This document shows positions 38,471 to 51,012 of a DNA stretch of 64,000 bases, in pieces. The stretch covers positions 16,349,269-16,413,268 of the forward strand of contig OZ199838.1 in NCBI GenBank assembly GCA_964304625.1, given 5' to 3'. Under the pieces are notes generated by a model that worked only from the letters and a program-made list of their open reading frames with translations, was not told the origin of the DNA and did not search any database. The number at the start of each line of letters is the position of its first letter. Within the stretch, counting starts at the first letter, position 1. Source of the DNA: Kudoa neothunni. Taxonomy: Eukaryota; Animalia; Cnidaria. The translations under genes and the position numbers were made by a program.

Positions 38471-40208
38471 TCAGTCAAAATAGTCAGCGATATCGATATC
38501 TGGATCGAGAAGATGCTCCTTGAGTGAATGCAAATTGGTTTGATTGAGTATGAGGTTTTCGAAGGTTTCAGCAAGTTCAAACGTTTGGTCGCATTTTCCA
38601 ATAAATAATGCGCCGATCATACGATCGTTCACAACCACACACCGGATATACTCACATTTCTGTTTATCAACTCGCAACAAAATTTCAGTGTCATCACTGG
38701 CATTCTCCTCTATGTTGTATTTGCCAAGTAGTATGGCAGTGAGACCGAAAATTCTGGTAAAATGTGAAAATATTTCAAACTGAATGGGGACCATAGAAGT
38801 GATTGCAGATAGTTGGCGTTGGCTGATAATTTCGGCCACTCTCAAACCCATGTATCTAGCTTGACCCCAAAGACGTTTCTGAAACCAACAATTCACTCTA
38901 TCATTTTCAGTCGAACTAAGAGGGGGTAACTGAACACAACAACAATCTCCAGCAGCATACACATCTTCGATGGAGGATCGCATTAAATGGTTCACCTATT
39001 TGGTTGAGATGTTAATATTTGAAAAAAAAACACTTCATCTATATACCTTGATTGCGCCAACAGAATCTTTCTCCAATTCCAACCCTTCAGCCACTTTAAT
39101 GTCAGTGTTTGGTACAACTCCAATAGCAACAATAATGACGTCAGTAGAAAGCTGTTCTCCAGTTGACAGAGTGAGGGTGTATTTGTGTGAATCAGTATTC
39201 TCGTTGGCCGACACTTTTGTGATTTCAGTTTCTAGTTTGATGTCAATGGTTTTGTCAGTTTTTTGTTTCATAATATGTTTGAAATCGATGTGTTTGTGCC
39301 AATTGGGGCCCAGCGAATAGCCAAACTCTAAAAAATAGCATAACTATTCGTCGAAAAAAACCTAAAAAACAACTTTCTCTCAAGTAGGCATCAAAGTGAT
39401 CAAATTTAATGATCTCCCCCTTGGCGGGATGAGATGTGGTCTCAATCTTTTCATTCTTGTCACGAGCTTTGCAGTTCACATAATCTTGCAAAAAGAGAGA
39501 GGTAGCTTCATCGTAGAAAGCATGCCCAATATTTTTACTTCGAGCTATCCAAGTAATAGAGCAATGTTCTAAAGTGTATCTAGATCAGGTAGTATAGATC
39601 AAATGAAGAGATTTGACCGGTGGAAAATTACATCAATTCCAACGCGATCCCACCATTTCCAACAATACAAACTTTGTTTGAATTTTCCAACGCCTTAACG
39701 AATTGATCCGCGCTATCTCTATCACGGAGAAAAATAGCCCCTCTAATGTTGAAAGGTAGAGTTTTAGGACGCGCCCCTGTGCAAATAACCAATTTTCTGT
39801 AATTGATAATGGTTTTTTTATCCGACACAACCTTACCATCAACTGTCATACTTACGCTTACTGTATGCTCTAAATTTCAGGTGTCGATCAAACTATGTAA
39901 AGCGCACACAAAGATGTACTTTTAGGAAATATTTCCTCTAGGAAACCACTTACAAACTTGAAATTTTTATATTTTCCAAACACTCCGTCACAGCTCTCAA
40001 TTACTGGCGTGATTTCGTTGAGCGTTTGAGTTATTTTGCAGTTGATTTTAGCCATTTTAATGTAATCACAAGGTGAGATAAGAATAACTTTTTCGTCATT
40101 TTTCTCAATACATCCTGTGGAGTACAACTGATCGATACATGAAACCCCTGTTATACCCCCTCCTACGATCAAATAATCACATTTCAGTGCATCATTATCC
40201 ATATGCAT
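38471..40208 (-). CDS. PYROXD1: Pyridine nucleotide-disulfide oxidoreductase domain protein 1
   Basis: YLIVGGGITGVSC, KLVICTGARPK, IVGNGGIALEL, GYSLGPNW, DVYAAGDCC, WFQKRLWGQARYMG, ETFENLILNQTNL...LLDPDIDIADYFD* (PYROXD1 C-terminus); 5 exons. Confidence 0.95.
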
Positions 40209-41673
40209 TGCTATTGTTGTTAAAAATGCACAAGTTAATGTGGTATTTTTATGTGTGCGTGCGCCAGGTCTTGAGAAGAAAATACATTGATGTAGTTGGT
40301 ATTGTCAAATTTGTATTACATTTTGTTCTAGACCATTCTAATTTAAAATTAAATATAATCTCTGTTTTTGTATACAATAGAAAATTTCTGGAATTTTTTT
40401 ATGTATTAGGAGACAATTTAATCAGCAACAACATAATAATGAAAACATTCTTTTCTTATAAAATTCCACGTCATTAGACAGTATTTTTTTAATTTAACAT
40501 CATACTAAAATATGTTTTATTTTAATCCATATTTATTATTTTTTAGTGAAAAAAGTGACTTGGAGCGAGTCTGTACAAATTTAACTGGTTAACATGAATT
40601 AAATAGTTAAATTCCCCCAAGAGTTAAAGTTTGAGTTCAATTAGTATATAAATAGTTATAAATTCAATACCAATTTTAAATCGTTTTATTCATACACGTG
40701 GAATTAATTTATTAAAAATAAATTTTTTAATTGTTGATTTAATTGGTATAAATTAGAATTTTACATATTAATTGTCTATGATTCCAATTCAGTCGGATCA
40801 AAATATTCATCAGGAAATTTAAAATTAACTTAAGCTATTTAGTAATAGAATTAATCGGAAGTTAATTGCATTTTCTAAAAAGGAAATCGATTTCGCCATT
40901 GTTTCAATTTCTTTTGATCTGTACAGAAAAATAAAGACTTCGATAAAGATAGAATTGTTCAATTTATCTAGCATTTCTTGACTTAACTCTTAAATGAGGA
41001 GGTGAGAATCCTATTTGACTTTTTTAAAATAAAATTGATACGAATAATTAATATTTTTTCGCAATATAATTAAAAAAATATTTTAATTGGCATTAATTTT
41101 TAGGTTATTTTAGTCCCACAGTTATTTCATTGTTGTTTTAAAACCAAGTTTATTCCATCTTTCATAAGAATTTTTCCACAGTATTGTGGGGATTTTATCT
41201 ACTGAACACATGGTATCAAGGCAACTATAAGACCTAGAATTTTTCGACTTTAACGACGTTGTATCTGTGGGCTCTCCAAAATTTACTAATAACTAATTCG
41301 TTCCCTTGACAAAAATAAATGTGTTGCAATCTTTTAAAACACAAAAAAAATATAACTACTCGTTATTTCATTGAATACCGTAAATACGCACTAATCAAAA
41401 CTCCCATTATTTAGTAGGAGCTTAAAATACAGAAGGGGTTACCTTGCCGTGATCAGAATTGAATTCACGAACCCCCAGTCTAAAGGCTTAATATATGTGG
41501 TATATTTCCGCTATATTTTCTAGAATATTTCTAGTACGATTTCGAAATTGTGACAAATCAATTTCTCCTTCATGCTCTTTCGATTTGTGAATTTAAAGCA
41601 CCCCATAAACTAGACTTATTATACTCTCAAAAAATTAAAGTAATAAAACATTGAAAATGAGAAATTAAAATTA

Positions 41674-42006
41674 CAGTGCAACAAATAAATGACCCTTTTT
41701 ATTCTTATGAAAAAACATGCAAACCTTATATGTATAAAGAATAAAGTATCAAGTACAATAAATAAATAAATATTAAATATAGTAATAATGAAAATGAAAA
41801 AAATGAAATATAGGATAAATTTTCTGTTGTTGTCATACGATAGATTATAAAGGGTTCTCTTTCGATGATGTTTGCATAATTTAATTGAGCGACTTTTCTT
41901 CTAGGACTTCTTTTATTCTCTGTTTTTTGCTTTAACTAGATTTTTTCTGAATACCCTTCCTATATGTGTTCGAACTCCGAGACGTTCGAGTTCCGAGGTT
42001 GCACTG
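41674..42006. mobile_element. Small pogo-type MITE
   Basis: TA|CAGTGCAAC ... GTTGCACTG|TA (9-bp perfect TIR, TA target). Confidence 0.55.
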
Positions 42007-42039
42007 TATTTAAAAGAAAAATTACAATATCTATTAATT

Positions 42040-42617
42040 TGAGAGTTCTCAATAAGAGGTAAATTAAGTAACATCCAAATTGGATAGTGGAAATTTTTGC
42101 ATAATGGGGTTTGTGATATACCTAAGTTTTCTAAAGGATTATATTATTCAGAGCTATCAAACTCAATAACAAGTTGGCAGAAATTCTTAAAATGTTTTTA
42201 GGAATAAGTATTTAGAAAATATTTATGAAATTATAGACAATCTCTTTCTTTTACGGCTCGTTTATTTTTCAATGAGGCAGCTAATAATAATACTTAATGT
42301 TGCAATCTGCATGATAAATAATATTTATGTGTCACTAATTTTGACTATTTTAATTATCTCTTATTCCTAAGATGGAACGAAGGTCAGAAACACTTTAATG
42401 TAGAAAAATGTAAACATATTAAATCTGTAAGCAGCTTGTGAGTTAGAGTTGATGAGATTAAAAATTGTCATTACACAAGCATATATTCCTTTTAATATTA
42501 GGATTTTCCACGTAAATGGCCTCTGTAATAGTTTAACCAATATGAAACCTTAAAGTAAATATGAAGTTGGTTTCCAGTTTAAGGGAGTAAATTTGAAAAA
42601 ACAATTGAGAACCCCTG
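42040..42617 (-). mobile_element. hAT MITE (copy 2)
   Basis: Right end TTGAGAACCCCTG; degenerate left end TGAGAGTTCTCAA; flanks TATTAATT/TATTAATC (7/8 match, 8-bp TSD). Confidence 0.65.
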
Positions 42618-42767
42618 TATTAATCTATGTTTGGATGTAAAATTATCACCCACAAATTTCTTACATATTCAATGTGATTTGATTTCGGAAAAACCTTTTG
42701 TAGATCAATTGTAACAAGGAACCGAATTAAAAAATCACATATGGAATCGCACACCTAATTTTTTTAC

Positions 42768-43280
42768 TTCTATGCTTTTTGATTCCTATGCTTTTTGATT
42801 CCTATGCTTTTTGATTCCTATGCTTTTTTATTCCTATGCTTTTTTATTCCTATGCTTTTTGATTCCTATGCTTTTTGATTCCTATGCTTTTTTATTCCTA
42901 TGCTTTTTGATTCCTATGCTTTTTGATTCCTATGCTTTTTGATTCCTATGCTTTTTGATTCCTATGCTTTTTGATTCCTATGCTTTTTGATTCCTATGCT
43001 TTTTGATTCCTATGCTTTTTTATTCCTATGCTTTTTTATTCCTATGCTTTTTTATTCCTATGCTTTTTTATTTCTATGCTTTTTTATTTCTATGCTTTTT
43101 TATTTCTATGCTTTTTTATTTCTATGCTTTTTTATTCCTATGCGTTTTTATTCCTATGCTTTTTTATTCCTATGCGTTTTTATTTCTATGCATTTTTATT
43201 TCTATGCTTTTTTATTCCTATGCTTTTTTATTCCTATGCTTTGTTATTCCTATGCGTTTTTATGTCTATGCTTTTTTATT
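42768..43280. repeat. 16-bp minisatellite, ~32 copies (TTCCTATGCTTTTT[G/T]A)
   Basis: Directly visible; G-variant units on the left, T-variant and degenerate units on the right; lies ~120 nt behind the AHSA1 stop. Confidence 0.97.
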
Positions 43281-43397
43281 TATTTGCAGCGAGAGAATCA
43301 ATCGTACGAACAAAAAAAATTAAGATAACATAGAGAGTTTGTAAGCTAATATTTATATGGATGCAAAGCTATAATGTAGAAGTGACAGATCTTGTTG

Positions 43398-44750
43398 CTA
43401 AGCGAAAATAGCCTGTATAGGAGAGAGGAACATCCGTTTCCAGCCGTTATCGACGCGTTCTAGATCATGTGCAGGTATTTTATCATGTTTAATCGTCAAT
43501 TGGCAAGTGTTATTTTTCTCATTGAGGAAAGTTAGCTTGGCAACCGAATATTGAACATCTGGCCAACTTTTCAATCGCCAATTCATCTCTATGTATTTTC
43601 CCTCATCCAATTTGGCAAAAGTGCCACTGACAGTTCCATCAATGTAAGAGAATTTCCCGCCAACCTTTGGTTCAATGTAAGCAGGTGAGTTGGTGATCAG
43701 CATCATTTTCTCCGGCGACACAAACATGTTATAGACTTCGATGGGTGGGCAATTGAAAGTTTTTGAAATATTCACAGCAAAAGTGGAAGGGTCGATATCT
43801 GCGGCGGATTCGGTGTTTACTCCGCATGTGTTCTCATTGGGCCGTGATTCGACTCCGTCGCCGTATGGTGGTACAGGATATGAAGAGACCGAAACACCGG
43901 TTTTGTTATTTAAGGTGTTGGGATTATTCTTGGTGGGTAACACAAGACCTTGTGTGCATTCTAAACAGGAATATGTTTATCAGGTCCCAACAATCACAAA
44001 CGAGTACCAGCATTAAGAGCTTCTTTATATTTGGAATGGGTATCCAAAAGAAGTGATTTGAACGACTTTTTTATGAAACTCACTAAACCATCGTCTTTTT
44101 TGGCAGAAGTGAATGATACGGTAAACTAAACCGAACCGAGAAACATGAGATTATCCACAATTGTACACGGTCAAATAGCCTACTTCAATGTTGCTATCAC
44201 TGGTGTCCCATGAGAATTCAGGAACCGAAATCTTGCCTTCAAATTCGTTTTCCTCTTTGGAGTTTTTAAGTTGGGCCACAAATTTCAGTTCAAGTTCGAG
44301 ATCAAATATTTGTTTTATTCGACCTTTCCTTATACTTCAGAGAGTTAACTTCACATTTGAAGAATTCAGGAATAAGTTACCCCACTGTAGAAACTCCCTC
44401 GGTTGAAAGAGACTTAATCTGACATTTATCTACATATATCACCAAAGTCAAAATCTGTATCAAATGAGTGCAAAGTCAAATAAACACATTTAGAATCTTC
44501 CATTGATTTATTCACTAAAAGTGAATCCATTTTTTCGGTCGACCACTTAAATACATCCCTTTCAATCCTAAAAATGTGAAATGTGTCAGACTACAATCCA
44601 GCAATTAACTGCAGCAGCAACAATTAAAACTGATGGATAATGCGGAAACTATCTACGATCGTATGCATACCAGTGCCAATTATTCACATTAGCAGCATCG
44701 GACCTTTCTTCAACTATCCATCTAGGATCGCCCTCGCCTATTTTAGCCAT
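43398..44750 (-). CDS. AHSA1: Activator of Hsp90 ATPase 1 (Aha1)
   Basis: MAKIGEGDPRWIVEERSDAANVNNWHW|IERD..., EGKISVPEFS, C-terminal SRPBCC domain (VGGKFSYIDGTVSGTF..MNWRLKSWP..GWKRMF). Confidence 0.96.
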
Positions 44751-44905
44751 CTACTTGTGAGTGAATGCAGGCGACACAAATACGAATTAACAGGTAAATG
44801 AAACAAAGATTTGCGCAGGTCAAAATGAAACGCTTGCGCATTCTAGAAGCTACTGGAACGCTAACGAACCCTCCGATGAAATTAAAAATCCAACCAACAA
44901 CTAAA

Positions 44906-45290
44906 CTATTTCTTAAAAGTTTGGTCCATTTGTCTTTCTTCGAAAAGTTGTCCTACGCGCAGCTGAGCAGCAAAGAACCTGGAGACACAATTTTGGGAGC
45001 AGGTTTTCTAAAATCAACGTAAGAAACCAGCTCAAATAAAATCCATCCAATTAGATTCTAAAATCTGACGGTCGTGTTATTACCTCGGTTTCAACGAGAT
45101 AAGGTGTTTTCATTGATGCAACACATTTTTTGAAACAAAATTCGACGCTCTCGTTGTAATTGTCGAGAAATGTTTTCATCTAATTTTCGTGTTAGTCATG
45201 AGGTTAATTATTTGGTAGCCCATTGTATAAAATCATTCCTACTTGCATCAGTTGTTCTGCTTCGGTGACGTTCACGCCAGGATTCACCAT
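44906..45290 (-). CDS. TIMM9: Small Tim chaperone, Tim9-like (twin CX3C), 3 exons; not in the ORF track
   Basis: Spliced MVNPGVNVTEAEQLMQ|MKTFLDNYNESVEFCFKKCVASMKTPYLVETE|KTCSQNCVSRFFAAQLRVGQLFEERQMDQTFKK*. Tim10B cannot be fully excluded. Confidence 0.85.
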
Positions 45291-45310
45291 GTCTTGGTTT
45301 TTGATTTGGC

Positions 45311-45320
45311 TGCGTACGCA
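45311..45320. promoter_or_regulatory. Palindromic TGCGTACGCA (NRF1-like) 20 nt upstream of the TIM9 ATG
   Basis: Identical to 28737-28746. Confidence 0.55.
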
Positions 45321-46920
45321 CAATAATACAAACACCTGAATTCTTTTTATTTTTACGGCGTTAATATTTGATTTATATCGTTTATTTTGTTTGATAGGTC
45401 TTCAAGAAGAGTTAGATAGGAAATAGAATTTTTCGGTAGGCTTAATGAGTACTTTAATGCATGGTTTTTGTATTATCTAGAAAATTTTGCATTAATTCAT
45501 TAGAATTTCTAAAATACAGTTTGGTGTGATTTTTATGGATTTTTATTAAAAATTGTTTTCATTTAGTTGGCTGAAATAAAGAAATGAATGTTTCTGCCAA
45601 ACAAAAACAGTTATATTTTTGGGTGTTCAATAATTGGACTTAAAAAAAGAGGGTGAATAGTGTTTAATATGCTTATGAATTTTCCCTCACATAAATAAAT
45701 GGAGAATTGTATTTATAGTGGTTAATATACATCGCTTAGCATAATGTTAAGCCATTTGCCAATATTCTGGTTATACATGGAAACAAATTAATTCGTATTG
45801 TTTGATAATTCGCGGTAAATTTTCAGCTAAAATGAATTTGAATTAGAATACATTGTTACTTAACGTGTGGACTAAGAGAACCCCTTGAGAATGCTTCTCC
45901 GTGTGATAAATCAGGAAAATGGCACAGCCTTACAAAACGTTTCCCAGAAATTAAATATCATTTCCATTGTTTTACATAAATAATATTGGCTTGTTGTGAT
46001 AAAATAATGCTAATTTAATTTTTAAAATTCTCATAATTTATCAATGCAGAGTAAAAATATTGTGTCAATGATTAAAGTGTAGTGAGAAATAAATTTGGTT
46101 ATTGGAAAAGTATTACAGTGTGTGACGGGTAATACGTGTTCCCTTTGGGATCGGGGAAAGAGTGCGAGTTAGCCAGCAATGATGGGAATACGCACTTTTG
46201 AGGCACGTGCGTATATTCAAAATTCAATTATTTGTTGATTATTATTGTGGTCATTTACTTTAGAGAACATCTATTAATCTAAATGTTTTCTTGCAATCCA
46301 TGTATATGTTATACAAACCTTCTAAGTAGTAAGTGTACTTTCGTCTATTCGTGTTCGTGCCACAATTACAGTTTAAAATTAGTTGGTCGAGTAATCGAGT
46401 ATCAAGATACTTCTTCCTTAAAAAGGACTTTTTGATTATCATATTGAGAATATTAGTATGAATTTTACAGAGTCGAACTAACTCTTGGGATCTCATTGAC
46501 TATTGCTGTACCTTGTTTATAGTGAATATTTTAATTAAATTTCTTAAAAATATATGATAATCTTTTATGTTAATGAATTTAGGTTGGTATAAGTTTATTC
46601 AAATTGAAGTAATTGAGTTCTAAATTGAATACATGAATAACTAAAGCAAGGATTCGGCTAATTGTTATAATTTCTAATTTTGCCACCAAATCCCGAATAC
46701 AACATATTCGGCCCTCGCAAAATCTTTGTTAAGTTTCGAAAACGCACTCTATTATTCATACATTGACTTTTAAATTAATTATGTGTCGTAAAAACATTTT
46801 TAATAATGTTTCGTCTTCAAAATTGTATGATTCAGCCATTTAATAATAGTAAATTATCTTCTATATCATTATTTATATATCTACTATAAACTTTTTACAA
46901 AATTATTTCAATTAATTAAC

Positions 46921-47010
46921 ATATTTTTTAGTTTATATATTTTTTAGTTTATATATTTTTTAGTTTATATATTTTTTAGTTTATATATTTTTTAGTTTAT
47001 ATATTTTTTT
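46921..47010. repeat. 16-bp tandem repeat (ATATTTTTTAGTTTAT) x ~5.5
   Basis: Direct observation. Confidence 0.9.
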
Positions 47011-47404
47011 TGTTACAAGTTTTCTGCAATAAAATGATTAGCTTTTTAATTTCACTACAGTAAGAATGTGTAAACAAATTTATTATCAATTAATTTTTCA
47101 ATACTTATTTTTTAAAAAGCTACATTGAAGAAATAAAAAATGCAATAGAAATGGCATAAAACCAAGATAGTGCGTAGTAAACTAAATATAGTTGTCCTCA
47201 TATGACTTACAAAAATTTATGTTCAATCTGATTTAATATTTTCACAATTAACTATCATATTTTAAGGTTTCTATTTTAATACATGTGAAAAAATACGTAT
47301 ATAAACTTATATAGGTTAATTGAATGGATTAGCGTATTTTGAGAGATTTTTCAATATAAGTATTTTCGATACCGAGCTATGTTGCGCTATTGACGCTAAT
47401 TTGC

Positions 47405-47710
47405 TTAAATTGTAGATATAAATGCACGCTGTTTTAGGTAATCCCACGAAATTTGAATGACTCCCGCGATATTGAAATTTCGAATATTCAATAGTCTCGA
47501 CACTCCCATTTTTAAACCTCTAATTGATCGAAATATTTTCCTGGAATATTGACGATGTGAAAAAAAAGTTGGATAATAGAGCTCTCTACTCGTGGAAGAT
47601 GTCCATCCATATTTACCAAAGATGGAGACGAAATCTCCCAACCTCACTTTATTATTTGCATGAAGTGCAATAGATTGTTTAGATATAAATCTATGGTTGG
47701 TAATCGTCAA
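47405..47710 (-). mobile_element. Possible hAT transposase relic
   Basis: FVSIFGKYGWTSSTSRELY resembles the hAT s-l-t-t-D-x-W-T-S motif; otherwise degraded. Confidence 0.3.
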
Positions 47711-48779
47711 CCCGAATATATTTCACCACAGATTCAAATTTACATCAATATTAGAATTTACTCTCGTTGAGCTATATTTTTCGAGGTTTTCAATAAAATA
47801 AACACATAATTAAGTTCCTATAAAACAGTATCATTCGTTATGTAATAACAAGCAATAGAAATTTCTATTCATAGGAAATCACAATATTTTGTCGTTTATA
47901 CCTGTCAACATCACGCATTACATTTTTCATTGCGTTCGCGATTTTTAGAAAATGTGATAATAAATTTATATGTTCTAGAATCAACTAGATCGGGTTGAAT
48001 ATAATATATAATTCGAATTGAGCAAAATTACTAAGAATACGATTTCGTAATATAAATAGCATAAAATATTTGTTATTGTTTTCTTAAGGATTGATTTATT
48101 ACTAGTATAGAATTTACAGAGTCATAATTTCGATATAACTCAAAAATAAAACCTCCTCATACAAAATCCATGAATATGATTTCGTTCGGGATTCGTGTCT
48201 AAAATTTATAGTTAAAATAAATTTCGTTCATGTTTCGTGCCAGAATTTAGACATGGTATTAAATTCGTGAAAATACATTCTCTAAATTTAAGGCGTTCAA
48301 ATGCGCAATAATGAACCAACCAAAATAAATGTCGATTTTTTAAAAATAAACGTAGGAAATTGCGGTCCAAAATTATGTGTTATAATTTATCTTATAACTA
48401 ATTATTTATACGTATATATATTGTATTCAAGCTGCAAATAAAAAATTATTTACTCTCTCGTAATTTCTGTTTAAATCCTTCAATAATAATTTATTTATTG
48501 AACCCTCTAACGAACGATCTCGAAAACGGTATCCCTGTAACAATTGGGATACAAATTACCTCACTTTTTTATTGCGCCGATTTGCGTAAAAAAATAATTA
48601 ATTATGGAATACAAAATATTGTTAAATTTAAACGAGTAGAATCATTGAAATATTTTATTAATTACGTCAAATAATCTCAAACCAATCTCGATTATGACAT
48701 TATCAGGATATATCGACATTGTCAGCAAGTGTTCAAAAAAAAAGTAACGTTATCGGCTAATAAAAAATTCATTAAAAAA

Positions 48780-50140
48780 CCAAAATAAGCGCAGAAATTA
48801 ATTTTTGCCCTTTAAAAGAATTTAGAAGCACGAGTGGAGAAATAAAACTTGCAGCAATTGATATCATTTAGAGTTTTTCCTATCATTTTATTTTTCACAA
48901 TAATCTCAGCGTAACTATTTTTTATTCAAAATTTTTTAGATAACTTTTCTTGAGATTCAATTTACAGTGAATTGTACAATTCTTCAGAAATCTCTTTTGG
49001 AAAGTTTATCCTTAATTTTTTCTCTAAATTAAATATCTCGTTGAAAAAGACGATAAGTGGCCATCTTTCAAACTTCTGGGTAGAAATTGATGTCAACATT
49101 CTATCCACATTATCAACTCCACTCTTGTTTGCATGGTAATGCATTATCGTATGAGGTTTAAAATTTTTAGACGCATCGATTGTCGATTGTCAATTGTCGA
49201 TTATCGATTATCGATTAAAGCAGGGGTTCTTAACAATTTTTTCAAATTTACCACCTTAACATGGAAGCTAAATTCATATCTACTTTTAGATTTTATACTG
49301 GTTTGACTAAGGCAGAGGTTATTTTTATTGCAATTTTTCATCCCATCAACTCCTACTCCCAAGTTGTCTAGTTGTCTACAGATTAGATTTTTTAGATTTT
49401 GCTAAATTAACCATGATCAAAACTAGTGACGTTTAAATATTATTTACCACGCAGATTGCAACATTAAGTAATACTATTATTAGGCAACATCATTAGTAAA
49501 TAAAGGGGGGCAAAAAAGAAAGAGAAATTTTATAGTTTTATAAATATTTGTTAAATACGTCACAAACCTCTATCCGCAAGAGTTTCCCATCAAATCATGA
49601 TAACGCTTAATTTACTCACTTTCATTTAAAATTAACCCCCGGTTGAGAACCCTTGGATTACAGTATTATCAGTGTTATTTGTTTATCCTTATGAATAGTT
49701 ATAGTTATAGTTATAGTTATAGTTATTAGTATTAGAAGTCTTGCATAATCTTAAAATTCAATTTCATTGTTATCATGTCACTCATCATCGAAATAATGAT
49801 TTCTGAGCACATTTTTGCATACTTTATAATAATACTACCCCTTTCTGGGGTAAAGAATAATAAAAAAACAATCAATTAATGATTTTATTTTTGATACAGC
49901 ATATAATTCCACCTTAACTTTTTGAATTATTATCATTAATATCTATGGGATCTATTTGTTCGTCCGAGATATCACTCTCATCAATAACTTGATCGTCAAA
50001 TTCGCTTCCAAATTAAGTATATTCGTGGTCAATGAATCTCTCGCGACGTTTATTTCGAATAACACACTACGCACATTGTCCCAACTAGTAGTTATTTTGT
50101 CATTATTTTCTTCAAATATACAGATTTGATTTAACCAATA

Positions 50141-50174
<34 letters not shown>

Positions 50175-50240
50175 TAAAAGATACTCTTTCGGTTAAAAAA
50201 ATAAAAAAGTGTGGAAAATTCTACCCCACCAAAAATTAAA
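48780..50240 (-). mobile_element. Decayed piggyBac (PGBD-type) transposon interrupted by a hAT MITE
   Basis: KPHTIMHYHANKSGVDNVDRM...RWPLIVFFN (piggyBac Y-N-x-x-K-G-G-V-D and R-W-P motifs) at 48962-49160; acidic N-terminal relic SEFDDQVIDESDISDEQID near 49940-50010. Boundaries approximate. Confidence 0.75.
49221..49655 (+). mobile_element. hAT MITE (copy 3, complete)
   Basis: CAGGGGTTCTTAAC ... GTTGAGAACCCTTG TIRs; flanks GATTAAAG/GATTACAG (7/8 match, 8-bp TSD). Confidence 0.85.
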
Positions 50241-50984
50241 TGATAATATTGGAATAAAATATTTTCTTTTCATTATTTTTTTCCAATTTATTCGATGAAA
50301 AGTAAATCATTATAAGATTAAGGAATATTGAAAATCTGGTGGGATATAATAAATGATCACAACTGTAAACTGGTTACGAGTTTATTTGTGTAAAATAGTT
50401 TTAGGATTATCATTTGGATCCGGTAAACAAGGATCAATGCGAATACTGGATAATCCACTTTCAGCGTTAGCATGAGAAATTTTCCGGTCAGTATTAATTA
50501 ATCGTCAATAAAGAGATTTGTTGGATTAAGATTCGTCGAACAAGTGTCTCTACTGTGTTCTTCAGCTTTCAGTCTTCAACTAAAATATTCGTATAAAATT
50601 TGACAGTCGTATTCATGAAATATATGTAGTCCAAATAAAGATGTATAAATAATACGTTGCGCAGTTCACTTGTTCGCATGTGACACGTCCAATAAAACGC
50701 AATACATTACATCGATTCTACGCGCACGCAACAACTCACTTATCGTCCTTTTCCTCCTGAACAATCAAAATCCAATATTCCCCAAAAATATATTAAAACG
50801 AGAAAAACACTCACTCCTTGTGATACAACAAATAATAGCATCACAATAATTCCGATAATACAACATAATCGATACAAATATTAGTTGTTATTAATTATTC
50901 AAGAATTGATAAAATCAATCCAACAATAAACAACTCCAAAACAGCAACATTTCGTGTTAGTGATAAGCAGATGCGTCATATCAT

Positions 50985-50998
50985 TGCACGCATGCGCA
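50985..50998. promoter_or_regulatory. NRF1-like TGCACGCATGCGCA 14 nt upstream of the ZNF207 ATG
   Basis: Near-consensus YGCGCATGCGCA in an otherwise CpG-poor background. Confidence 0.55.
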
Positions 50999-51012
50999 TT
51001 GTAAACTAAAAT

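Noticed and set aside
42987-43333. Three overlapping 'FLFLCFFIPMLFYSYA' ORFs
   Set aside because: Translation artefacts of the stop-free 16-bp minisatellite.
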